A DNA stretch of 64,000 bases from a virus. Below the pieces are notes generated by a model. It did not search any database, was not told the origin of the DNA, and saw nothing but the letters and a program-made list of their open reading frames with translations. Location: IMG/VR virus record IMGVR_UViG_3300046542_000168, positions 1 through 64,000 of that record, one strand, 5' to 3'. Positions 17,717 to 25,506 of this stretch are shown here, piece by piece. Within the stretch, counting starts at the first letter, position 1. Each line of letters begins with the position of its first letter. A program made the translations under genes and the position numbers.

Positions 17717-18670
17717 TCAACCTTTTCTCACGTTATTATTAATCAGTTGGCGATGCTGAATGTAGCCACAGAAGTTACCGGACCAGTACTTACCTTCCCT
17801 ATCCGCGTGGGTAACACCCTCTTCCTCAGAGTCAAGCCATACACTCGAATCGAGATAACCCGGCCATTCGGTACGTTTCATCGGCGTTGCCTGATGTTCG
17901 AATGGACTTGCGTGTACTGGCTCACTATCTACCAACCGACCGAAGATCATTTTTGCCTTACTCAGGCTCATATCCAGGGTTCGGTAACTTACCTGGGCAC
18001 AGCAACTAGAACTTACTGCAAGCGCTTCCTCGACAGTTAGGATCTGTGTTTCGTAAACATCGTCCTCGATGTAGACCTCTGTGAGGTACATCAGACCCTC
18101 TGTGCCACGCATACGGTTAACGTAGGGTACGTGCCACTCACCAGGGTGGATAACGAACGGTGTAGACGCTTCCAGGGCCTCCCACATCTTGCGGGCCAGC
18201 TCGTGAATGGTCGGATCTGCATCATCGTGATCGCGGAGCCAGAACCAGTTGTTGCCCTCGGTGTAAGTCAGCACTACTTTCATCCACTGGTACGGCTCAG
18301 TGACGCGATTCGCTACCTGCTTGTGGGCTCCCAGTTTGGCCATGCCCTCTGAAAAGTCAGCGGCTGCCAGGGCCGCGTCACACCACAGGTCTTTAACTGC
18401 CTCCAGCTCGAAGCCGGTCAGTTCTTCAAACGCCTGCATACCTGGCTGGTTCTTACCCCAGTGCGACGGCTCCGCCATATCGCTACGGACCATATCCACC
18501 ACCTTGAGGATGGGGATAGCGCGGCTCGATGCACTATTGCGGCTAAACATCCGGTGCGTCATCAACTCCCCATGCACCATCCGTGGATACACGAGTTCGA
18601 ACGTTACAATCTCTTTGCCACTTACAGAGCACTTGCTACGCTGGATAATAGTTGCTGAAATATTAGACAT
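17717..18670 (-). CDS. thyX: FAD-dependent thymidylate synthase
   Basis: ELMTHRMFSRNSASSRAIP, HKQVANR, HASPFEHQATP. Confidence 0.88.
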   Translation of the reverse strand: MSNISATIIQRSKCSVSGKEIVTFELVYPRMVHGELMTHRMFSRNSASSRAIPILKVVDMVRSDMAEPSHWGKNQPGMQAFEELTGFELEAVKDLWCDAALAAADFSEGMAKLGAHKQVANRVTEPYQWMKVVLTYTEGNNWFWLRDHDDADPTIHELARKMWEALEASTPFVIHPGEWHVPYVNRMRGTEGLMYLTEVYIEDDVYETQILTVEEALAVSSSCCAQVSYRTLDMSLSKAKMIFGRLVDSEPVHASPFEHQATPMKRTEWPGYLDSSVWLDSEEEGVTHADREGKYWSGNFCGYIQHRQLINNNVRKG

Positions 18671-18905
18671 TCAGCAATTCCTTAACTTTCGGAACGTTGT
18701 TGCCAACTACATTTCCAACGTGCGACTCGCCACGGAAGACGATAGTTGTCGGCAGGCCGCGTACATTCATCTCGTGCAGGAACATCTCATTTTCTGGGCC
18801 GTCCGCATCTACCGATTCAAACTCAATCCCGGCTTTCTCCAGGGCCTGCTTATAAGGACCACACTGAGAGCACCAACTTGCGGAAACGACATAAACCTTA
18901 TTCAT
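18663..18905 (-). CDS. Thioredoxin/glutaredoxin-like protein
   Basis: WCSQC and VRGLPT. Confidence 0.85.
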   Translation of the reverse strand: MNKVYVVSASWCSQCGPYKQALEKAGIEFESVDADGPENEMFLHEMNVRGLPTTIVFRGESHVGNVVGNNVPKVKELLNV

Positions 18906-19263
18906 CAGCTTTATCCGCCCGTTCCTGAGCAGCTTTATCGCTGTACTTCATGCCTTTATAACGCTCTTCAAGCTTATAAATGTTCTGGCGAAGGATAAAG
19001 TTCCGAGGGATACAGAGTTCATCCCGCATGCCTTCCATGTAGAACTCAAGGTCGCCAAGTTCTTCAACGATGTTCTTCAGGTCCGGCGCCTTGTTATAGA
19101 TAACGTACTTCTTGATTGCGTCTAGCAACTCACCGGCTTCACCGGCAATACCGATTGCCATATGGAGCAAGTGTGCTTTCTCTGGTGTCAGCGAGGCGAC
19201 GATATCCGCCCCTGGCTTAGCCAGGGCACGCACCATATCGGAGAATTCAGTATCAAGATTCAT
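18898..19263 (-). CDS. MazG-like nucleotide pyrophosphohydrolase
   Basis: GIAGEAGELLDAIKK, EELGDLEFY, KLEERY. Confidence 0.88.
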   Translation of the reverse strand: MNLDTEFSDMVRALAKPGADIVASLTPEKAHLLHMAIGIAGEAGELLDAIKKYVIYNKAPDLKNIVEELGDLEFYMEGMRDELCIPRNFILRQNIYKLEERYKGMKYSDKAAQERADKADE

Positions 19264-19820
19264 TGTGCTTCCCCCTGGCGGGCGAAGCGCTTTTCCAGCT
19301 TATCAACGCTGTACTCGATCTTCTTCTTTTCGTAACTCACGGTGTTACCAGCTTTACCGGCACCGTTGAATGCACCCCACAAGCGAATCAAACTCTTGAA
19401 AGCGTTACCTGCGTCAAAGTCACTATTGAATGTTACTTCAATCAGCTCTTCGGTTTTAATGTAGGTACGGCCTTCTCGGTAGCGGTCAAATACTCGTGAG
19501 ATAAGCCAATCTGGTAGCTCGATGTCGTAATAAGTACTGGAACCGCCGTCTGATTTAATCGCCCCACCAACTTCAGTCGGAACAGGAGAATCATCATTGC
19601 TAGAAGGTTGGACAGTTTCTTCACAGGCATTGCACTCCGTCTCGGTGCTATCGTCTTGAATAACCCACAGGCCGGTCTGGAAAAACAGTTGAATCGCCTC
19701 GTCACCGAACTTAACTGGCGGGAGGTCATCTTTCAGTGAATATACGTTGCCGTTGCTTAGGAAAAACAAGGTGTCGCCAGTAACTTCTGGCATTTTAAAG
19801 AAGATATTGTGGTAAAGCAT
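19260..19820 (-). CDS. Phage protein, possibly DUF3310-like
   Basis: SDGGSSTYY...GNAFKSLIRL. Confidence 0.55.
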   Translation of the reverse strand: MLYHNIFFKMPEVTGDTLFFLSNGNVYSLKDDLPPVKFGDEAIQLFFQTGLWVIQDDSTETECNACEETVQPSSNDDSPVPTEVGGAIKSDGGSSTYYDIELPDWLISRVFDRYREGRTYIKTEELIEVTFNSDFDAGNAFKSLIRLWGAFNGAGKAGNTVSYEKKKIEYSVDKLEKRFARQGEAQ

Positions 19821-19830
19821 ACTTACTCTC

Positions 19831-20628
19831 TTACTTGCTTACGGAATTACTTTTGTTTTTGCCGTAACGCTCGCTCAGATACTGGAGCGATAGTGGCATT
19901 GGTAGGGCGAAACCATCTTGTGCTTCATTGAGAACAATGATGCCTCGGAAGTGGTTGTTACCCTGGAATCCTTTGTACCCTTCATCGTGCGGATAGGCAG
20001 CACCGTTGATAACAGCGAACTGCATTTTGTCATCAATGGTTGGGCGAATAGCGATGTCGAGAACTTGTTTGTGGCCAACAACGAAACTACGACCTACAGT
20101 CTTCAACTGATTAAGTGCAGTGCCGCCATATGGCTTGCCAGTCATGGGGTTTGCGAGATAGTGAACGAAGAAGATGCCTTCAATCTCAACCGGCTTCAGG
20201 AAAGAGTAAACTTCGAAGCCCCACTTGTCTAGCGAAAGTGTTTCAGTACCAACAAATCCATCCAGCTCTGGCATATTCTCAGCCAGTCGGTCGAACCGCT
20301 CTTCGTGGTTGCCGTGGGTGAATACTAGTCGAGGACTATAAACCTTCTTCTTAGCTGCCTTCTGACGCTCTTGTAGAGCAACAATCGGAGCGAAGAACAC
20401 TTCCATTGCTTCATTACCGGCCTCGATGTCTGCCTTCAGGCGGCGACCCTCGAAACTCTTCTTGCCTTTGTCATATGAGGACAGGGATTCGAAGTCCCAC
20501 CAATCACCGATGATAACAACTACATCCGGTTGCTTATCGGCAATGTATTCACCCATATGTTGGATATGCGATAGGTCTTGCCCAGGCTTAACTTGCACAT
20601 CGCCAATTACAACAATTTTCTTACTCAT
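19831..20628 (-). CDS. Metallophosphoesterase
   Basis: IGDVQ, IGDWWD, HGNHE, VGH. Confidence 0.85.
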   Translation of the reverse strand: MSKKIVVIGDVQVKPGQDLSHIQHMGEYIADKQPDVVVIIGDWWDFESLSSYDKGKKSFEGRRLKADIEAGNEAMEVFFAPIVALQERQKAAKKKVYSPRLVFTHGNHEERFDRLAENMPELDGFVGTETLSLDKWGFEVYSFLKPVEIEGIFFVHYLANPMTGKPYGGTALNQLKTVGRSFVVGHKQVLDIAIRPTIDDKMQFAVINGAAYPHDEGYKGFQGNNHFRGIIVLNEAQDGFALPMPLSLQYLSERYGKNKSNSVSK

Positions 20629-20935
20629 CGGCATATCCCAGGAACTTACGAATCGCATACCAGATATCTGTGTCGTATCCGTGAGAGTTATCCAGATGCA
20701 CTAGTACGTCTTCAAGAAGTTGTCGGGCCTCTGCGGCACGAATATCCTCGACGGCGGTAATCTCGACAATTTCATATACGTCCTGCTCATCGAAGGTAAA
20801 GCCACCCCGGTAAGCATGGGCATTAGTAAATGCAGACTTAGCGTGCCCTGGAGTCTTCCAGGCGCCTTTCTTGCCCTTAGATGTGAACAGTTGCTGATGT
20901 GTTTCTTTGTGGCGAATAATGTATAGCGAGGCCAT
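20621..20935 (-). CDS. Hypothetical protein
   Basis: Coupled co-oriented ORF. Confidence 0.6.
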   Translation of the reverse strand: MASLYIIRHKETHQQLFTSKGKKGAWKTPGHAKSAFTNAHAYRGGFTFDEQDVYEIVEITAVEDIRAAEARQLLEDVLVHLDNSHGYDTDIWYAIRKFLGYADE

Positions 20936-21261
20936 TAAGTTCCCTTGGGTTTCCATAGTTTCGCGAAGGTAAGTAAAGGTGGTACTTCATGTGGGGTCAT
21001 AGGCTGGACCGCCAAGCATGAAGGCTCGCCTCCGCAAATAGTGTTTTCGTGTCCTTTCCAACACTGAAGTCGATCTGCAATCTTGTCGAACTCTTTACGG
21101 CCAACACGCACAACTACTTTCTTGAAGGAGTTCATCAGCCAGTCGTCGTACTCGTGGCAGCCCTCAAAGTACCTGTGTGCGTTAATGGCCGTGTGAGCGA
21201 CTAACGTTGGCACCATGTAATCTGGAGCATCGTCCAGTACGGCGAAGTACATCTTTCTCAT
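20935..21261 (-). CDS. Pth2-like peptidyl-tRNA hydrolase
   Basis: KMYFAV...VAH...W...KKVVVRV...CLAVQP...KLW layout typical of the PTH2 fold. Confidence 0.6.
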   Translation of the reverse strand: MRKMYFAVLDDAPDYMVPTLVAHTAINAHRYFEGCHEYDDWLMNSFKKVVVRVGRKEFDKIADRLQCWKGHENTICGGEPSCLAVQPMTPHEVPPLLTFAKLWKPKGT

Positions 21262-21392
21262 TCTACTAACTCAGCCTTGAATATTACGAACCCTGGAAGC
21301 CTCAAGAATTCCTTTTGTGCAAGAGCCTCTTCGTAGGTATCGAACTTTAAGACGGTGTAGAATGCCGAGCTGCATAATAGGTAGTAGGTCAT
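21258..21392 (-). CDS. Small hypothetical protein (44 aa; not in the ORF track)
   Basis: MTYYLLCSSAFYTVLKFDTYEEAL...; ATGA-coupled on both sides. Confidence 0.55.
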   Translation of the reverse strand: MTYYLLCSSAFYTVLKFDTYEEALAQKEFLRLPGFVIFKAELVE

Positions 21393-21913
21393 TTCTCTTC
21401 CTTTAGAACTGATTCAACTTGCTTCCTACGTCCCGCTGCATTCGATACAGGCTTAATTCCCCGATCCGTGAGGAACTGCTTATCTTGTTTGTTCTTACAG
21501 ATAAGGATGGCTTGCTTAATAGCTGCTGCCTCATTGAAACTAATTCCCATGCGATCAGCGTAGGACTTAATCCGGTGGGCTTCCTTGTCCACGTACTGCA
21601 TGTTCTCTTTACTTGCACATAAGTGCAGGATGAAAGGCAGAACGTCTTCCCACTCTTGCAGCGATACATGCCCATGGATATGGTCAACTTCAGCAGCGGA
21701 CTTCCCTACCCAGACCCCCGTTAGAGCACAGTAGCTGCCAGTCTTGGCCCTGCCGGTGTACCCTGGAGGTGGAGGCTTACACAGAGCGTTCTTAAACTCG
21801 AACTTCAGTGGCCACTTCTCCCAGACAGCCCTTCGCAGGGCTCCCCGTAGGAAGAGGAAGAACGCTGCCTTGGTCTTCCAGATATGAGGCGCCTCAATCC
21901 ATGGCTCACTCAT
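21389..21913 (-). CDS. HNH-like endonuclease
   Basis: CALTG...EVDHIHG...NMQYVDKEAHRIKS. Confidence 0.7.
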   Translation of the reverse strand: MSEPWIEAPHIWKTKAAFFLFLRGALRRAVWEKWPLKFEFKNALCKPPPPGYTGRAKTGSYCALTGVWVGKSAAEVDHIHGHVSLQEWEDVLPFILHLCASKENMQYVDKEAHRIKSYADRMGISFNEAAAIKQAILICKNKQDKQFLTDRGIKPVSNAAGRRKQVESVLKEEK

Positions 21914-22850
21914 TCCAGGCACTACCGAAGTACGTCGCCGCGTCCCACTTATCCGTATCGCTTCGCAGCAGATACAAGTAGAAGGCATTGTCGTCTAGTC
22001 GCTCACGCCATTCCGTTGGGTGAGCTGTCCTGTACGCTTCTACTACTCGGGCCGCCAAGTCCTCTTCGGTCTTGCAATCAGCCAATAGCTTCTTTGCTGT
22101 GGCTGGCCCTACCCCACTAACGCGGATGTTAAACTTACGCTTAAAGTCTTCATCCAGAAACTCGATACCGGGAATCTCATCAGCATTATCGCCGGTAAGA
22201 CACTGAGTAGCGAAGTTGTAACTCTGAGTGAAGCCATCATTCCAGAAGATTCCTTCTTCTAGTTTGAAGTAGTTCAACATCCAACCTCGACCGTTCGCTG
22301 GGATGTCCTTATCACAGTAAGCAATCACGTAGTTTGCTTCGTCCTTATCCTTGTACTTGAAACTACGGTTGTAGCTTGCCCAAGATCGCATAACAACTTC
22401 GTCATCGGTTTCCCGATCAACAGCCATTAGGAGATTGTGGCGGTACTTAGAGCGAACAAACTCTTTACACTGGTGAAACAGCAAGGGCTTCTCTGGTCGA
22501 GAGCCTTTGTATTTGACAAACTTCGATTCGCGATCCATGCGAAAATTGCCAGGGCCTTCCATAATAATCAGGAAGTCATCACACTTGCCAGCGGTGATAA
22601 TGTTAGATAACTTCTGGTCAATTGTTCTGAAAGCATGGCTGGCTTCACCAGTTACCTCAGATTTAACCTTGAACTCGAAGTCATCCTTAGTCCAGCGGTC
22701 CTGTCCTTTGAGCCACGTATTGAACTCCGTCTTAGAGTCCCACAACTTTTCCCGGCCACTTTCCTTGTGGGTAGCGAGACAGCGATTAGTCTGTTGTTGT
22801 GCGGCAGAAGAGTAGAGAACCGTATCGAAGTCGATAACTAGTGTTCTCAT
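21906..22850 (-). CDS. 5'-3' exonuclease (T7 gp6/RNase H-like)
   Basis: LVIDFD, NFR, YKGSR, ETDD, DKD, GDNADEIPG, GVGPATA. Confidence 0.85.
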   Translation of the reverse strand: MRTLVIDFDTVLYSSAAQQQTNRCLATHKESGREKLWDSKTEFNTWLKGQDRWTKDDFEFKVKSEVTGEASHAFRTIDQKLSNIITAGKCDDFLIIMEGPGNFRMDRESKFVKYKGSRPEKPLLFHQCKEFVRSKYRHNLLMAVDRETDDEVVMRSWASYNRSFKYKDKDEANYVIAYCDKDIPANGRGWMLNYFKLEEGIFWNDGFTQSYNFATQCLTGDNADEIPGIEFLDEDFKRKFNIRVSGVGPATAKKLLADCKTEEDLAARVVEAYRTAHPTEWRERLDDNAFYLYLLRSDTDKWDAATYFGSAWNE

Positions 22851-22857
22851 ACTATTC

Positions 22858-23121
22858 TCAGTCGTTGTAGCCTGGAGCCAGTTCTTCGTACTTGTCGAAT
22901 ACAGCCTTGGCAGCACTGCATTGTTCTTCGTACACGTTGCGTGCATGAATCGTAGCGGCCTTACTTACAAGGGCGACAACTTCAGGCGGAAGTCCATCAA
23001 GATTGGTCTTCTTGTTGAACTTGAAATCTTTCTTGAGCTGCTTGATATCGTCGCCAGTGACAAGCTTTTCACCCTCCAGGGTGACGAGGCGATCAAACAA
23101 ATCCTGTTCTGTGTATTTCAT
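22858..23121 (-). CDS. GapR/DUF2312- or T4 DsbA-like dsDNA-binding protein
   Basis: DRLVTLEGEKLVTGDDIKQLKKDFK resembles ERLEEEKKxxxDDIKE. Confidence 0.5.
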   Translation of the reverse strand: MKYTEQDLFDRLVTLEGEKLVTGDDIKQLKKDFKFNKKTNLDGLPPEVVALVSKAATIHARNVYEEQCSAAKAVFDKYEELAPGYND

Positions 23122-23131
23122 ATCGGTCCTC

Positions 23132-23446
23132 TCAGCAGATAGCCGTGTGAATTGGCGATGTCGCAGGAACTGCGTAATCACTCAGGGACGGCGAACCGAG
23201 AGTCGTGATGCCACGGTACGGGGTAACTTTGTTGAATACAGTCTTCAGGTGATCGGTGATCGACTTCCATTGAACTTCATTAGGCATGGAGCCATTGAGT
23301 TCAACGAAGCCCTGGAGCCAGTAAGTAAATTGATCTGGGGTCATGCTTTCGATTCCATTCGAGTTGTTAACGCTACTGATTACTCTAGTTGTTAGAGTAG
23401 AGAGTGCCGAGGTAGAGGCTTGCGCATTTGAGGATTGCAAGGTCAT
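23132..23446 (-). CDS. Phage hypothetical protein
   Basis: MTPDQFTYWLQGFVEL motif; AAGGA RBS. Confidence 0.65.
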   Translation of the reverse strand: MTLQSSNAQASTSALSTLTTRVISSVNNSNGIESMTPDQFTYWLQGFVELNGSMPNEVQWKSITDHLKTVFNKVTPYRGITTLGSPSLSDYAVPATSPIHTAIC

Positions 23447-23491
23447 ATCTAATCCTTTAGAAGTGGGGCGGTGTTACCCGCCCCTAGCTAC

Positions 23492-24520
23492 TTACCAGGG
23501 AACGTCACCTTCAGCGACTTCTTGTTCCTTTTCTTTAGCTGGCTTAGCTGCTGGCTTACGGCCTGCAACTTTAGGCGCCTGCTTTACTTCTTCCTGCTCT
23601 TCTTCACGATCAGAGTCAGTATCACCGTCGTCTGCCTGTGCCTCTTTACGCTTACGCAGAGTGTTAATCTGCTTCTCGATCACAGAGCCCTTGTAGTTCT
23701 CAGCACCCTTAATGGTATTGATAACGTGTTGACGCAACTCGGTGATTGCGGCGTCTGGGTTCTCTTCATCGAATTGAACGATGTAAGGGGAAGTGGACAG
23801 CTCAGGAACTGTTTGTCCACGGCCCAGGGCAGATGCAAAGCGCAGGTACTCGGTGAAGTACTCTTTCTGACCAGACTGCTTGAAGTAGACCTGGGCGTCA
23901 AACTGGAACGCTTTACCCAGCAGTTCGTCAATGCGATCCGGCAGGAATGTTTCGTCTGCCTTAATCAACTTCGCAGCAACAGCCATCTTGTGCAGCATGT
24001 TATTCTGAGCCAGGGACCAGCGCTTAGTCTTGCGGGTCTTGTCCAGGTTAACAACACGTAGAGGTGTTGGGCGAGCTACAACCATACCCTGGGTAGGAAT
24101 GTAGAACTGATTACCGGTGTAGAGACGCAACGGTTTCGGATCTGACGGTTCGCCGTAAGCCGAAGCCATATCAACAACGATATCGTCAATGTCGATTGCC
24201 AGGACAACACACTGTACAGGCTTTTGTGGCCAGCACTTCAGGCGAACTTCTTTCTTAGTGTCTTGATCTACACCATCTTTGAAATAAGTATCAGGGTATT
24301 GCGCCATGATAGCTTCTTCATCTTCCTCGGAACCGACGAAGACTGTTTCCGCGTCTGGTTGCTTCTGTACGCCGAGGTCGATAACTGCTGCTACGCGACC
24401 ACCGAGAGTTTCACGATCTTGGAGGCCAGCCGCTTCTACACGGTACTTATTGATTGCTTCAAAGTCAACGGTAGACTCTGAATTGCCCCCAGCAGGGGCT
24501 CCTACTGTTTTAAATGCCAT
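23492..24520 (-). CDS. Putative single-stranded DNA-binding protein
   Basis: IDLGVQ N-terminal motif, acidic tail ending GDVPW, replication-module context. Confidence 0.65.
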   Translation of the reverse strand: MAFKTVGAPAGGNSESTVDFEAINKYRVEAAGLQDRETLGGRVAAVIDLGVQKQPDAETVFVGSEEDEEAIMAQYPDTYFKDGVDQDTKKEVRLKCWPQKPVQCVVLAIDIDDIVVDMASAYGEPSDPKPLRLYTGNQFYIPTQGMVVARPTPLRVVNLDKTRKTKRWSLAQNNMLHKMAVAAKLIKADETFLPDRIDELLGKAFQFDAQVYFKQSGQKEYFTEYLRFASALGRGQTVPELSTSPYIVQFDEENPDAAITELRQHVINTIKGAENYKGSVIEKQINTLRKRKEAQADDGDTDSDREEEQEEVKQAPKVAGRKPAAKPAKEKEQEVAEGDVPW

Positions 24521-24577
24521 CTTACTTAATTTCTCTATTACGTTCTTACAAGGTTTCTATTTAAGGTTATTACTGTC

Positions 24578-24742
24578 TTACTTCTTTACAGTGAATTCTT
24601 TGCCACTAACTGTGCATCGAACCACTACTTGGCCATCGGGGGCCTTCTTTGAGGTCGGGTTAGCTGCGCGCATGCCCGGACCATAAAGTTCGTCTTGAGT
24701 CTTGCTTACTGCGGAGGGGTTATAAACGATGTAACCGGCCAT
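24578..24742 (-). CDS. Small hypothetical protein (54 aa; not in the ORF track)
   Basis: MAGYIVYNPSAVSKTQDELYGPGMR...RCTVSGKE; AAGGA RBS. Confidence 0.6.
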   Translation of the reverse strand: MAGYIVYNPSAVSKTQDELYGPGMRAANPTSKKAPDGQVVVRCTVSGKEFTVKK

Positions 24743-25107
24743 TAGCGGATTTCCTTATCTGCTTGAAGGGTGAAGATAGTTACACCCTGTTGTTTACCAC
24801 CTAGCTTCGCCTTGATGCTACGTGCTTTATCTCGGTCTGTAACTGTGCTGTGCAACTTACCTTCCTTAGTAAGGATACCATAGGCCAGAACTTTACCGGG
24901 AGACTTGCGACGTTCGACTACCAGTTCCATTTCCTGCGATTCTGCCATCCAGCCACGCTGAGACGGAAAATCAACAATCATATCGGAGTCTTTCGTATCA
25001 ATAGTGCGTACTGTACCAACATCACCAGGGCTAACTTGCCCCCAGTCGAATGCGGGCTCACCTACACTAGCCTTAACTCTTACTTTATCACCAACTTTAA
25101 ACGTCAT
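24742..25107 (-). CDS. Hypothetical protein with SH3/KOW-like N-terminus
   Basis: FKVGDKVRVK...WG...GDVGTV. Confidence 0.65.
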   Translation of the reverse strand: MTFKVGDKVRVKASVGEPAFDWGQVSPGDVGTVRTIDTKDSDMIVDFPSQRGWMAESQEMELVVERRKSPGKVLAYGILTKEGKLHSTVTDRDKARSIKAKLGGKQQGVTIFTLQADKEIR

Positions 25108-25397
25108 TCCTTGACTTTCCACTCTAGTCTTTTAACTTCTACTTGAACTACTTCATATGCATCTTCGCCGTATTCATATTCATAGTCGGACCAGTACGAC
25201 CCAGACTTCGAACATGATTGTAGGAAGAACTTACCGTCATCTCGACTGTAAATGCGATCCCAGAGGACATACTTGCGTTCATTGATTTCATCTGTCTCTT
25301 CATACAGGGCGTATGAATGACCATCTAGCTCAAGCGTTTCGCCGTCGTACAGCTCGCTTAGCTCTGCGACCAGCGCACTTCCTAGTGATGTGGGCAC
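25104..25397 (-). CDS. Hypothetical protein
   Basis: GGAGG RBS; first gene after a promoter. Confidence 0.65.
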   Translation of the reverse strand: MPTSLGSALVAELSELYDGETLELDGHSYALYEETDEINERKYVLWDRIYSRDDGKFFLQSCSKSGSYWSDYEYEYGEDAYEVVQVEVKRLEWKVKE

Positions 25398-25431
25398 AGT
25401 TTTACCTCCCCTCTCTGGGGTGGTGAGCGCA

Positions 25432-25459
25432 ATTCTACAGCGTTTCCGTGCTGTGTCAA
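25432..25459 (-). promoter_or_regulatory. Sigma70-like promoter
   Basis: TTGACA-16-TAGAAT. Confidence 0.6.
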
Positions 25460-25506
25460 GCGCTTACCACCTATTTTTTATAAAATGGTTGAAGCCAACG
25501 GGTGAC

